A stretch of DNA of 64,000 bases, taken from contig CBFFRQ010000053.1 in NCBI GenBank assembly GCA_965644315.1, forward strand, positions 434,001-498,000. Direction: 5' to 3'. Shown piece by piece: positions 18,101 to 31,124 of this stretch; the first letter of the stretch is position 1, and every line of letters starts with the position of its first letter. The notes beneath the pieces are model-generated. The model was not told where the DNA came from. It worked only from the letters and a program-made list of their open reading frames with translations, and did not search any database. This stretch comes from Caecitellus pseudoparvulus. Its lineage: Eukaryota > Protista > Bigyra: Bicosoecida. The position numbers and the translations under genes were made by a program.

Positions 18101-21100
18101 CGGGTGGCACTGCTGGAGGCAGGTGCCATCGCGTCCTTCATTCGCTGGTGGCCGTGGCTGGGTGCCCGCCTGCAGGGCTTGCTGGCAGCAGGTGTCATTG
18201 AGCCCATGTGCCGCAAACACCAGCACCTCCTCCGCGTCGCGGCTGATGACGGCGTGGTGTTGCTACGAGACACCGTCGCACAGGTGTACGCGCGGTGGGG
18301 GCCCACCATCCGCTACGACCCGCGCACTGGCGAGCCACGGCCCCTGAAGCCGAGTGCGTACTTTGCGTGGCCTGCACCTGACAGTGAGGGCGCACAGCCT
18401 GGCACAGCTCCCACAGCCGTGTTGTTTGAGGCGTGGGTGCTGCGCCGGTGCCTGCGGGCCCTCTCCCGGCTGACACACTCTCGCAAGGGCATTGCCCGAG
18501 TCTTGCGTTCATTTGGCGCGTCGGCCGTGTCCGAGGCAGTGCACCTTCTGGTGGCATCGCCCCTTGGCGACGTGTTGGAGGCTGCGATCGTGGAGGAATC
18601 TGGCCCCCTGCCAGTGACGATGCCCCCAGCCCCCAAGGCGACGGCATCCCTGCCGCACGTCGGGTCACGTTCCCGTCTCGGGGTCACGCGGCCGGGCACT
18701 GCAGCCTCCGCGGCTGTGGAGGAGAGCATTGAGAAGGAGGGCGGTGTGGATGGAGAGTACACGCCTGCCGCGCAGGCAGCGTGGTACCGCGCGAGCCTGT
18801 CGGGGCAGCTGCTGACAACGCTGGGCGTTGGGCGCCTTCTGCGCAAGGCTGCCGTCGGCCTCTGCCGCATGCTGTGGCACAGCGAGTCGCACCTCGCCTC
18901 CAACCACGGCGCGGGCGGGGCCATCGCCGCCATCCTGGACCGTTGCAACCGTTTTGCGGAGGCCGAGACCATAGACGGCGGCGAGGCAGGCGGGGACGCC
19001 CGAACAGTGTACATGTGTCTGGCAGGCCTCTGCAACTTGCTGTCCACGGAGCCAGGGGCGATGCTGGGCGAGTCACAAGGCGCGCTGGCGGCCCTCGCCC
19101 GCATCCTGGACGACGTGAAGCTGCCCAAGGTGTCCCCTGAGGAACTCAACGTGTACTTGACAGCCCAAGCTGAGTCTGCCGTGGTAGCAGGGCGCCACAG
19201 TGATGCGGGTCTGCCACCTGGCCCCCCTCGCGTGCAGACAGGCGCAGTCAGCACACAGGCTGCCCCGTCAACGGGGGCGGAGGAAGCACCCCCGCCGTCC
19301 TCCGACCCCCGGGACTTGGCCATGCCAGCGGTCTTGGCTGCCATGGCTGTGTACAATGCTTCCTGCCACTCAGACGTCTGCCGGCGCCTCATTGATGGGT
19401 ATGCGATGCCGTCGCCCCCGCTGCCCCACCGCCCTGTCACGGACGGAAACCAGAGCCCCCTGGATGTCCTGACTCCAGAGCAACGCGCGCTGCACCTGGG
19501 CTCCCTGGCGTCCTCCCGGCGCACATCAGCGCCTGCCAACCCTGAGGCGGTAGCGCCCGCGGTGCATGCCCTCATGCACTTGACAGCCTTGGCACTGGAC
19601 TCCCTGAAGGCCGCAGGGGTCAACGTGACGGTGTTCACGAACCGGTCCCCCACCTCTGCCCTGGCTGCAGAGCTGGAGCGCCGAGCAAATGCCTCTGCAG
19701 CCTCCGCTGCCTTTGCTCTGACCTCCCCCACACGTGGTCGCGGCCAGCTCGAAGCCGCCAGCGGAGGCAAGCCCCCCATTGCTCCGACGCCAAGCTCGTC
19801 CTTCCGCGGCACTCCCATGGCAGACGGCGCTCCACGTGCGCCCGGGCGCCTGGGCTCCTTCTCCGAGAGCAAGCGCTCCTTCCGCCGCCTGGGCTCTTCC
19901 AAGGGTTCCATCTCGTGGACGGGCGCTGACTCCCAGGACGACACGGAGGAGGCCGCGCCCATCATCGCTGTGGACCTGCCACCGCCCCCTGCTGGGGGAC
20001 CCTACTTCCCTCGCCTGACTGCAGAGCAGCAGCTGCCCCTGCTGCGTGTCCTGCAGCGTGCCATGAACGTCAGTTCTGGAGCGCTGTCGGACGGCTCGCC
20101 GGTACCGCCTGTGTTCCCCAACACAGCGCGCGTGCTGTCGTACTGCCTGGCAGCCCTGCGTAACCTCTCCGACCTGGACGGCGGCCACGACACCAGCTAC
20201 CAAGCCCGCCTTCTCAAGGCGGGTGTCGTCCCGCTCGTCATGCGGGTGCTGACGTCCCGGCAGTCGAGCCCCTTTCCCGGCATGTCCACGCGAACCATAC
20301 AGCAGGAGGCCAAGGCGACTCGTCCAGGGCACCGCATGGGGCCCACGGAAGCTTCCAGGGTCATTCGGACGAAGTTGCTGCCCGCCATTCGCCTGGTCAT
20401 CGCTCAGAACAAGGGGCACAAGCATGTCTCCAAGCCTTCGACTGTGGATGCGCTGCTGCCCCTGGCTTGTGTGTCTGACGCAGTGCACGTGGTGTCCAAC
20501 TTATCAGCCGATATCAGCTGCCGCGAAGCGCTGGTGAAGGCGAACGTGCTGTCCCTGCTCGTGCCAGTCGCTTCTGAGGGCCCCTTCTCAGCCATGTCCC
20601 TGTCACTGGCGCTGTCTGTGAGGCACATCGTCAAGCGCCACACCGAGCTGACCACTCTGAGCAAGGAGGTGGCGCGTATCAAGGCCACCATCGCCCAGCA
20701 AGCGAAGGCTGACACGCTGCCCACTGTTGCCACGGCGCCGTCGGCAGCGGCCGAGCCGGCAGAGAAAGGCAAGCCAAGCCGTTCCCCTAGCACAGCCCAG
20801 CGGCGGCAGGCCCCCCGCCCCGCCGCATCCCTCACATCCCTGACACAGGTGCCTGAGGAGGAGGTGGACCAGCGCTTGCTTGCCGAGGAGCTCGCCATGA
20901 AGGACACGGCATCCAAGGCGCGCGCCTTGTCAGCGCTGGCCCTGTGCAACCTGTCCACAGACGTGCAGTTCATGGACTCGGCGAACTTGGAGGGGGCTCT
21001 GCAAGCGCTCAAGGCACTGGCTGCCGTCGGCGCACAGGACGATCTCATCCGTCTGCGCGTCGCTGCAGCGCTCCGCACTCTGTCCTGCGCAGGCGTGCAT

Positions 21101-24100
21101 GTTTTGCAAATGATGGTCGCTGAGGCTGTGGTGCCCGTTGTCGTGGCCATGGCTTCGTCCAACAAGGAGGAGGTGCGGAAGGAGTGCGTGGGCACCCTGT
21201 ACAACCTGAGCGCCCTGAAGGGCACCGAGCTGCACTTGACTGGCCATGGGGCAGTAGAAGCACTGTCCATCTTGGCTCTCATCCGCAACAACGAGCCTGC
21301 CGTGGTGGCGCTGTGCGTCGAGGCCCTGCACAACATCCTGGCGTCCCCGGCCGCCCGCATGAAGGCGCTGGAACGGGGCATTCCCTGGACCCTCAAGCGC
21401 CTGTGCTTGTCCCCAGCAACGGCCGTCCAGCGGGCCTGTGCCATGACTCTGTTTAAGCTAGTGGCGCACTCAGAGACACAGGACATGCTGGTGGAGCAGG
21501 GCGCCGTGCACAGCGTGATCAAGGTCCTCACGCAGTCCGCCATGGGCGGGGGGCCCGAAGCAGAGGCAACCGAGTCTGTGCACCGCGCCAACAAGGAGAC
21601 TTTTGCCCTGGAGCGGGACCTTGTGCGCGCTGAAGGGGAGGGCCGGGCGCCCGAGCCTCCTGTCATTGCACAGCAGCTGCCCCCGGCAGCCGTGCCTGCC
21701 ACCGGCGACCCTGTCGTGGGCTCGCTGTTTGCAGGCATCCTGGCCACTGTGTCCAAACAACGAGGCCACGAGGGCAAGTTGGTGGCAGAGGGCGCCGTGG
21801 AAGCCCTCGTGCTCCTGTCCGGCTCCCAGATGCGGGAAGCCGACGAGCCCATGGCCACGCCAAAGCGCGCTCCGTCGTCCATCACGCCTGGCGCGCGCCT
21901 GGCCCCCTCGGCAGTGTCCCCTGACCTCTCCATCGCCGCACGAGGCGCCGCAGAAGACCTCATGTCTGGTTTCGGTGCTGCAGCGCTTCGGGCGTCATGC
22001 GCCCTTGGCCTGTACAACTTCACGAACTCCCCCCACGAGCAGGTGCTGGGCCGCATCGTGCAAGGCGGAGGCGCAGGTGTGCTGGTGCACCTGGGCTCTG
22101 ATGGTCTGGAGAGGCTGCGCACACGGCGCCTTGCGGCGCTAGGCATGGCCAACTTGCTGTGGGGCCTGCCCCTGTCAGGCAAAGTGTCCGTCGTCAAGAG
22201 TGGAGCAGCCCAGGTGTACGTGTCGCTGCTGGGCCAGCGGCTGGGGCAGCGCGTGCTGTCGCCGTCCTTGCGGTCCCCCGGGGACACGGCCGGCGGCAGC
22301 CTCATGGCGGAAGAGGGCGAATTTGAGCCACTGCCGTCCAGCCCGGTAGGGGAGAGCAAGTCGCAGGGGCCCGCATCCACAGTTTCCACGCCCACCCAGA
22401 GACGCCCGGCGCCCCTGGAGCTGTCCACGGAATCCCTACCCCCCGCGGTGCCCCTGATTGACGTGCACGACTGGTACGTCGCTGCCAGCACCCTGCACTA
22501 CATTTCCTGCGTGTTGCGGCCTGCAAGACGCATGCCCTACTTCACGCCTACACACCCACGCCCAGCGCCGGGCACTGCAGAAGCCGACGCCCTTGCCGAG
22601 CTCCTGGCAGGCAGCGGGCCAGATGTCGCGCACCAGTCGGTGTCATCGGCGCAGCTCCCGACGTGGGCACCCAGTCATGAGGCTGGGCTGACCCCCCGTG
22701 ACGCCGCGTTGCACAAGGAGCTCATTTCCTTCTTGCTGCGTGATGGCGCGTTGTCGTCATGCCTGGCAACCCTGCATCGCTTTGCTGCGGGGTTCTCGGC
22801 ACACCTGCTGCGCCGCAGTGGGCTGGAAGCCATGCTGCCGGAAGAGTTGCACCACGTGGAGTTTGGCGTCCCGGGGCAGTTGGAGGCCCATCCCCTGATG
22901 GAGACCGCCATGTTGGGGGCTGGCACGCTGGCCAACTTGGCTGCTTCGCGCCGCACGCTCAAGGCGCTGGCTGCCAGCGCCGGCGCAGGTGTCTCAGACA
23001 TCGCGACAGCCGTGGTGGTTGCCTGCGCCCTGCTGACGCAGGACTCATGGGATGCGGAGGAAGCGGGCATCGAAGTCGGGGCAGCACAGGCCACTGCTCC
23101 TGCCCCCACCACGCCGCGAGTTGAGGAGGAAGCGGCTGAGGAGTGGAAAGACAGCGACGAGGAGGACACGGGGGACGCTGGCAGCGCGAGGGAAGAGTCC
23201 ACAGGGCTGAGCCTTGCTCCTGGGGGAGAAGCTGCTCTTGCGGAGCTGACCCAGAGTCCCCGCAACGCCACCTTGAGCATCAGTGTTGCTGAGGAGGAAG
23301 CGGAGGCTGAAGCAGCGGCTGGCAAGCCCGATGCCCCTGCTGGCGCCCTTTCGCCACGCAAGGTGCAGACAGGGGAGGAACTGTCCAGGGCGGCCTTGAC
23401 CCCTGCACCCGTTCCTGAGCCCATCACTCTCAGCGGGGCAGAGGCAAGGCGGGAAGTGCTGCGAGTGCTGGTGGACGAGTGCTTGGTCGTCCTGGGCATC
23501 ATGTCCACCCACACGGGGCTGCTGAAGGTACTGTTGCGGGGGTCAGCGCTCGGCGCAGCGACGACTGCCCTGCTGTGCCCCCACCTCTCCACGAAGACGC
23601 ATGCCCGTGCGGCAGTGCTGCTGCGGAACGTGACGTCCATGCCCGACTCCCGCTCCCTCATGCTGCGCTCCTTCATGCACAGCGCAGGATCTGACCGGGC
23701 CGGGGAGGAGGCGCACGGCGTGGGCTCAGAAGACCTGGACTTGCATGCCGACGGCTCCCCGGATGTGCTGCCTCCCACTCTGGGTGGCACGCGCCGAACG
23801 TGGCAGGCGGCAGATTTCCTGCCCTCTGAAGTGCCGCCCTCCGCAGCGCTGGAGTGCCTCGTCGCAACCACGGTGGACGCGGGGCGCGTCACCAAGGCCC
23901 ACCGCGCCACCATCGCCCGCATGGAAGCAGAGGCCGATGCGGCTGCCGACGCCGCCGAGGCACAGGCACTGGCCGAAGCTGAGCGGCGTAAGAAGGCTGC
24001 CCGGGCCTTGTCCACCGCGCCACAAGCCGACTCCGTCGCCGAGACCTCGCCACCAGACCTGTACGAGGATCTGCCCCCCGTGCCTGTGGAGTACGAGCCT

Positions 24101-27100
24101 GTGGATCCGTCCCTGTTCGCGTTCACGCACCTGCTGAAACCAGACGGACCCCTTGCAGAGGCGCTGACCATGCATTTGCCGCACGACGCCGAGGAAGCGG
24201 GCGCCCAGGGGCCCGAGCCAGGATCTGCCGGCCACTTGCTGCTGCGCCGCACGCGGCCACCTGGCAGCCCGGCAAAGGCAGCAGCTGCTTCGGACGCGGG
24301 TCCCGGGTCCGAGCCTGGTTTCTCTGCGACAGCAGGTATTCGCCCCATGCGCATTCCAGCGGTGCCAGGGCAGGTGCACCACATGTCCCAAGTTTCCTAT
24401 GGCGATGACTGGGACGCCACCGGCTCAGTGTACGTGCAAGGGCCCACCCCTCTGGGCGCGCATGGCTCCCTGGCACTGTACCAGTCTGCTGCCTCCCTGC
24501 CTTCGCGCGCGAGTGGCAGCAACTTCTTCGGAGAGTTACTCGTGGGGGACGGGTCTGCCAGCACTCTGCAGGTGGAGGTGGCCCCCGCCTCCCAGACGTA
24601 CCCCCACCTGGACTTCCTCGTGCGTGCGGACTGTGCCAAGGCACTGTGCAATCTGGCGGGGGACCCTGCGTACCATGCGGCGCTGATTGAGACTGGTGTC
24701 GCTGTTGGGCTGATCTCTGTGGCTGACTCGCCTGTGTGCCCCAAGCCCCTTAGGCACGCCTGCCTGCGGGCGCTGTGCGAGTTGGCCATTGACGAGGAAA
24801 TTGAGCATGCTGAGGACGACAGTGAAGATGAAGGAGCGCCTCGGGCGCCCAAGCGTGCAGTGGAGATGTCCGAAGCCGCCAAGGCCCGCGCGAACGCCGC
24901 CCTGGAGGCTGCCACGTCAGCCGCCACACGCTTGCCAGCCAGCATCTTGGCAGTGGCTGCGCACAAACAGACGGTCGTGTCAGCCGGGGCCGTCTCGGCG
25001 CTCATCGCCATGATGAAGCAGAACGGCATGGCAACCAACCCCGACGTGCAGAGCAGGAACGGCATCACTCCTGCCTTCGGAATTGAGTCTGACTTGGATG
25101 CCCTCATGTTCCATGTGAACACTCGGGTGGGCTCCAGACCAGACCCGCGTCTGTATCGGGGATACTTCCTGGGCGGGCCTCCGCCAGGCGAGGTGTTCGC
25201 TCCCTCCCGCCCGAGACGGTCCTCCGCCACGTCTGAGACGCCTGCACTCTCTGGCCTGGACGCAGCGCTGCAAGAGGGCGAAGATGCTAACCTGGGTGAT
25301 CCGCAAGAGGGAAGTGCAGCTGCTGAGACGGGCGTGCGCCCCACACCACCCCCCGCCCTGGTCAAGGCGCTGCTCGGCTTGGACGGTGCAAGTGAACCTC
25401 TTGCAACGCCCGACTCCACGGGGCAGGCCCACTCCACAACGTGGGGAGGGCTGTCCACGAAGCATGCGACGGGAGGTGCCTTCTGGGGAGGCGTCGGCGG
25501 TACAGGGGCTGCCGTGGAGGGAGAAGCGGGGAGCTCGGTCGCAGCCGTGGACGGCGCCTCCGCTGCGCCTGCGTGGAACAAAGTGAGCCGCACGCTGGAG
25601 GGTGTGCTGCCCAACTCGCCCCGCGCAGCGTACGGGCACGGCTTGACGAGCAGCAGTGTCAGCAGTCTGCGCCGGTCCACATTCACGGACAACGTGACTG
25701 CTCAGGAATTCTGGCAAGACGCAACCGCTGCACTGCACCATAAGGCCGGCGAGAGCAACCAGGCAGTCGTGAAGGCACCGGGCATGCCAACGAAGATTGT
25801 CATCCGGCGCCGCGGCTCCACGCACCTCATTGACCACGCAGATGGCACTGACCTCATCAGCCAAATGACTGCAGCCCGTGGGTCAGCCGGCGGTAAGAGC
25901 TCGCTCGCCAGCGTTGTGCTCGGTGAGGCAGAGGCGTCCTTACGCATGTACGACCTGTGTGATTCCGACTCCGCTTCGGACGGCGAAGGCGAGTCGGCCA
26001 CGCTGTCGTCCCTGCGCCAGAAGTCGGTGGAGGCGTCCCACGCGGCGCAGCGCGTGGGACGCAGGCACACTCGCGGCATGGGCAAGCACGACCCGGAGGC
26101 GGGCCGCGCCTCCCCTGCCGTGGGGTCCCCCGTGCCGTCATCTGCCCGAGCGGCAGCAACGGAGGCTGGGCGGGTGCGGGACGAAGTGGATGAGGCGTTT
26201 CCCTTCGTGTGCCCCCCCCTCGTGTGGAAGGCCATCGTCTCCCACCACTACACGGAAGATCCTCTGGAGTCCTTTGCCGCTGCTGTGCCGAACATGGCGC
26301 CCCTGCTCGTCACGAGCGATGCATGGCCCACAACCGTCGCACCCCTGCCACAACGGGCCCACTCAGGTGCCAGTCGTCGGGAGCTGTCGTATGGTCGGGG
26401 TCACCCTCCTGCAGATGATCAGCGTGCATTGTCACCTGCCCTGCTCGCCCAAGGCGGGGGAGGATTGGGCAAGCTGTCGCCGTCGGCAGCCGCAGCCGCC
26501 ATCAAGCACTATGTGCCAGTGGAACTGCAGGCTGCGTCCGCGCTGGACCTGTGCAATGCGCTGGGAACCCACACTGACGTGGCCTTCCGAGTCATTCAGG
26601 CAGATTGGACTGCCCTGGTTCCAACATGGGCTCGAGGCATGCTGCCCACCGCGCCACCGTCGAGGGACACCAGCGGGACGGGAGTGTCCCCGGCGGCGGT
26701 GCAGGGCTTGGGGGGCATGCAGCCACTGCCAGTGCAGGTCAAGGCCGCCGAAACTCGCCTGGCCACCCTGCCACCTGCCATGGCGCAGCGCCCAGCTCTC
26801 ACGGCCGCTACTCTCACACACTTCCTCGCCCTGTCTATGTGGGCTGGCGAGCCGTGGGCCAGCACCCTGCCAGACCCTGACTTCTCCTTGGCGAAACGTG
26901 CCGCGTACACGACGCTGGCGTCTCCACTGGTGTTTCAGGAAGTGTTTGCTGTGGGTGATGCCCGGCCCGCCAGGGAAGTGCCCCTGGCCCCCGCTGCCAT
27001 CTCGTGGGAGGGAAGTGGGGGCGGGCTATTGACGCTGAGCAGCAGCAAGCGCTCACTGGGGGCCATTCCCGAGTCTGCGGGGCCGACTTCCCCAACCTCC

Positions 27101-29323
27101 CCTAGTGGGGAGGCAAAGCGGGACATTTCCTACATGTCCTTGCCCCCGCCAGAGGAAAGCCCGTCCGGCGGCAGCGCTCCTGATCGTACCCACTGGCTGC
27201 AGGCAGTGCATGCCACGCGCGTTTCTGGGTGCTCCTTCCTGGACCCCATCTCTCAGCGCCTGCTCATCAACTGCATGCGGGATACGGGTGCGACCCTGTA
27301 CTGGCGTCGGGGGGTGCAAGTGGCCATGTGCGACGTCCCGAAAGGGTCCATGGGCCCAGAGGACTTGGCTCTGCCTGGCTTAGCTGCCCCCAAAGCAGCC
27401 AGTGAGAGCAAACACGACCAGGCAGAGCACAGCGATGCACCCACGGAAGGAGCAACAGGCTTTGGCGACGAGGAGCTGTCTGCTGATGAAGGCGAAGGCA
27501 GTGACGGAGTGGGGCTGCAGGGCATGCTGGCCATGGCAGGGCTGGATCGAGGGTCTCTGGCCGAAGTGGACGGCGTCGCCCCCGGAGGAGAGGCGCTGAC
27601 TCCCGCACCCCCCGCTGAGTCTCCGCCGCCCGCCTTTTCCAGGCCGGGCATGTGGAAGCGGCAGGTGCCCCCGCCCACGCAGCTGCCTGAGCAACGAGGC
27701 ATCGTTGACAGGTTTGGCAGGTACGTTCCTCCCGCCACTTCACGACACAGTTTGCAGCACAAGGAGGGCAAGGAGGAGGGCGGCTCAGACGAGGAAGGGC
27801 AGCAGCCTGAACCCGTCAAGAAAGTGGCCCCGGGACCGTTTGTGTCCCACTACGACGCTGCACGGGCTGCCCGCGCTGCTCGGGCGGTGCGTGAAGCAGA
27901 GGCGGCGGCAGCAGAGGCAGCTGCCAGCTCGGCCCAGCGCAAACGCAAAGGCAAGCGCAAGCACAAGAAGGCCGGCGGGTCAAGGCGCTCAGCGTCTGGA
28001 TCCCGTGGCGTCATAGCGTATGGCGGAGGCGAGGCGCTGCACATGGTGCCTGGTCGAGGCACATCAAGGACGCGCCTGCCTCGCGTGAAGCCCTCTTCCA
28101 GTGGCACAGTGGCCGCATCTGCGAGTGGGCTGGGCATGGCGGGCCCGAAGCACGTGGCGCCTGTGGTAGATGTCCCCGTGTTCACAAATCTGGCCAAGGA
28201 CTCCATGTGGGATGAGAAGCACCGAGCATATGAGCGCATCCACATACCACCCGCCCACCCACCCAGCCGGAAAGGTGCCTCCTCAGCTCGAGGCAGCCGA
28301 AGCAGGGGCAGCAATCGCCCCCCCCGACGGACCGGCTCAGCCTCTGCAAGGGCTACCTCATCAGGCGACCTGGGCAGCACGTGGGGACGGCAGCAGCCGC
28401 AAGCGGAGCGTGCGTACGGCAGGAAAGTTGACGAGTCAGACCTTGTGTGGGCTGAGGGCGGGTATTACCTGGCACACGCCGATGATCCTGGGGCAGCTGC
28501 TGAGCGGGATGCCATGCTGGCGTCCCATGCTGCACGTACAGGGGGCGTGCCCCCCCCCTCGCGGCAGAGCACTGCCTCACGGGGCAGCCGACGGCGGAAG
28601 GCTGGCGAACCCCGAGGAGCAGCACAGCCTTTAGAGGCGCCTTCACCCGCCCCTATGGAACGTGCTCCCGCCGACCAGCCAACGGCGCCCACTGCGGCAA
28701 CGGAAGGCAAGGATGCACCCCCAGGCGGGCACACTCCTGCACATCCGGGGCCGACGGCGGCCGCGTCCCCGGGCGCCGGTGAGGACAGCTACGGCCAGGA
28801 TGATTGGGAAGACGACGCCGCACAGGACGGCAAAGCTGAAGCTGGTGCCGACGACGCCGCTGAGAGCTTGCAGCTCGAGGGCCCAGCCAGCCAAGGCCCG
28901 ACGCAGGGCACACTGACGGTGCGTGTGGAGCGCCGGGGTGCCCGGCCGAGCCCTCACGACATCTGGTGGTCCGTCACCCTGCCAGGTATGGGCACGGCCA
29001 CCTGCCCCCGGCAGAAGCAGCCAGGGGCCCACCACAAGTTGACAGTGGACGTGAAAGCTGGCGCGCTGGGGAGTCTACCAGATGCCCTGCACTTGCGCGT
29101 GTTCGACGCTGGCGTGGGCGGTGGCGCCGGTGACCAGGACATGGATGAGTTGACTGACGAGGTCGTGGACATCTCCGCACTGTGGGGACCCCAGCCAGCC
29201 GTCATGGGCCTGCCTGGATCTCAGCGCTCCACAGCGCACAGGGTGGACCTGGACGCAGCGTGGATGACCAAGGAGAACCAGGCGGGAGAGCTGCTGGTGA
29301 CGGCTGTGTACCAGCCCCAGTGA
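15114..29323 (+). CDS. Giant armadillo-repeat protein (~4660 aa) with long low-complexity linkers and a C-terminal C2-like domain; intron 15192-15418
   Basis: 13.9-kb open frame. ARM-like units include RQDCATALCNLS, ILATTLYNLSAD, VRKECVGTLYNLS, QRACAMTLFKL and RADCAKALCNLA. The C-terminus GTLTVRVERR...LHLRVFDA...GELLVTAVYQP is C2-like. Exon 1 (MATTTAPSS...QMKK) splices in frame via GTGAGC...GCAG. Confidence 0.88.
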
Positions 29324-29384
29324 GCGGGCCATGCCCACCACCACAAGCTGAATGCATGAGCTTGTCATCCTATGCTGCATTGCG

Positions 29385-30799
29385 TCAGGGAGTCACGTCA
29401 GCCGCCTCAGCAGTCGCCTTGCGCGCCGCACGGCGAGCCCTGGCAGCTTCCACGGCGGCTTTTGTCTTCTCACGCGCAGCCTCGAAGGCAGGCTGCAGCT
29501 GTCCTTTGGAGGCCATGTACTTGAACAAGGCGACAGCCAGGGGGACGTAGTTGTGGCGCCGGCGCACATGCTCTGCCTCCCACTCCTGCCGCTTGGCGTC
29601 GTCGGCTGCGAGGCCTTCTTGCGCAGCCGTGATGCGAGCTTGGAGTTGTTCTTTCTGCACAGCCCGCTCCTCCTCAGTGGCAGCCACTTCAAAGGCCGGC
29701 GCAGCAGCACTGGCCTCTGCAGAAGCCGCGGCAGGGGCGCTCTGACCGGCCTCCACGGCGGCCAGGTGTGCGGAGGCTGCCGCCAGCTCCTCCTGCAAAA
29801 TGGCACGCTGGGAGCGACAGACAGCCATGAGGTTGAAGCGGAGCTCTGAAGCTGCGTACGCTTCAGCCTTGCGCTGGATCTCGGCAATGGCAGGCTGCCA
29901 CCAAGGCCCATCAGACGGCACATCCCCGACGAGGATCGGACCACGCTTCAGGCCGTCCAGCTCGTACACCTTGCCTGCCACCGGGACAAAGGCGACGAAG
30001 TGAAAGGCGTCCTCATCGTCGTCACTAGAGGACTTGCGGGCCTCAGTGATGAAGGGCTCGCTGCGCGCGAACGAGTTGTGCGCCGTGCGGATCGCATGGG
30101 ACGACTCCAGCGACTCCCCGCGCATTTCGGGGGGGAAGGTCTGCGTGAACTCCTTCAAGTCTGTCAGCGTGGGGCCCAGCTCGACGCCCTCGGCATTCAG
30201 CAGGACGTGGATCAGGGCTTGGGTGGCGCAGGCGTTTGTGATGACTTGGTTGGCAAAGTACACGCCACCATCGCCGCCGTACGCCTGAACAGGCCTGTGG
30301 TCTGGGATGCTCTCGTCGTACTTGAAGAGGAAGACGAGACCATGGATGTGCTCCAGGGCGGCGAGGCTCGCATGGTCCAGCGACAGGAGCTCAGTCACCT
30401 CCACATGCTTCGTGCCAAATGCTTCCACCAAGGTGGTGAACACTCCTGCACGTGCAAGGGTTGCAGGATTGAGGGAGTGGGTTGGAGGTGGCCGCGTTTC
30501 ATGCACGAAACGCAGGTTTGGCACGCGACTCCCGGCGCTCCTTCAGCTTCGCAGGTGACAGGCAGCAGCCAGGGAGCGCACACAGGAGGCTGCTAGATAA
30601 GCGAATTCGTGGTTGCACCGCACATCGTTGCGCAGGAAGGCCAGGCACAGGCCGGATTGAAGAGCCCGCTGACAAGCTTGCGCGAAAGGTGCTGCTCCAC
30701 ACGCGCCTCGCGGTCCGCGCAGTGGCGGCGATCAGGGAGCTGTGCACATGTCAAGGCCCTCCACATACCTGGGTCAGACTCAATGGTGGTCCAGCTCAT
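29385..30799 (-). CDS. UCHL5: Ubiquitin C-terminal hydrolase UCH37/UCHL5 (363 aa; intron 30446-30768)
   Basis: MSWTTIESDPG/VFT start. Catalytic QVITNACATQA (Cys), FHFVAF (His), YELDGL (Asp). C-terminal RRRHNYVP of the ULD. Confidence 0.95.
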
Positions 30800-31124
30800 G
30801 GCTTGCAGGCGTCGCAGGCTGCGAGAGCAGTTGGCGTGGTGAGGGTTCCGCCGCTGGGAGCGGCTGCTGCGAAGGTGCAGTGGTGGAGCGCTCGGCAAAA
30901 TGCAAGCTGCGTCAAAGCTGCAGCTGCAGGCGATGCTCATTCTCACGGGCACAGGAGAAAGTTTGGCCCGCCCCGCCTCTCGTTCCAGGCAACAAACCGG
31001 AGGAGGGGCCGCTCAGTGACTGGCTGTCTCGCGCATCCATCTGCTGCCCAGAATCCAAGCGTGTCGTGGTGGGCGTGGGCGGAGGAGGAGGAGTCATCCT
31101 GAGCAGGGGGGCCACCTGCGAGCC

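Noticed and set aside
18313-25692. Minus-strand ORFs of 430-695 aa inside the ARM gene
   Set aside because: Ser/Ala/Arg-rich shadow ORFs typical of GC-rich coding DNA.
30446-30768. Unusually long UCHL5 intron with a small hairpin (cgtttc-atgcac-gaaacg), a possible snoRNA host
   Set aside because: No convincing paired C/D or H/ACA boxes are visible; it would need an Infernal/Rfam scan.
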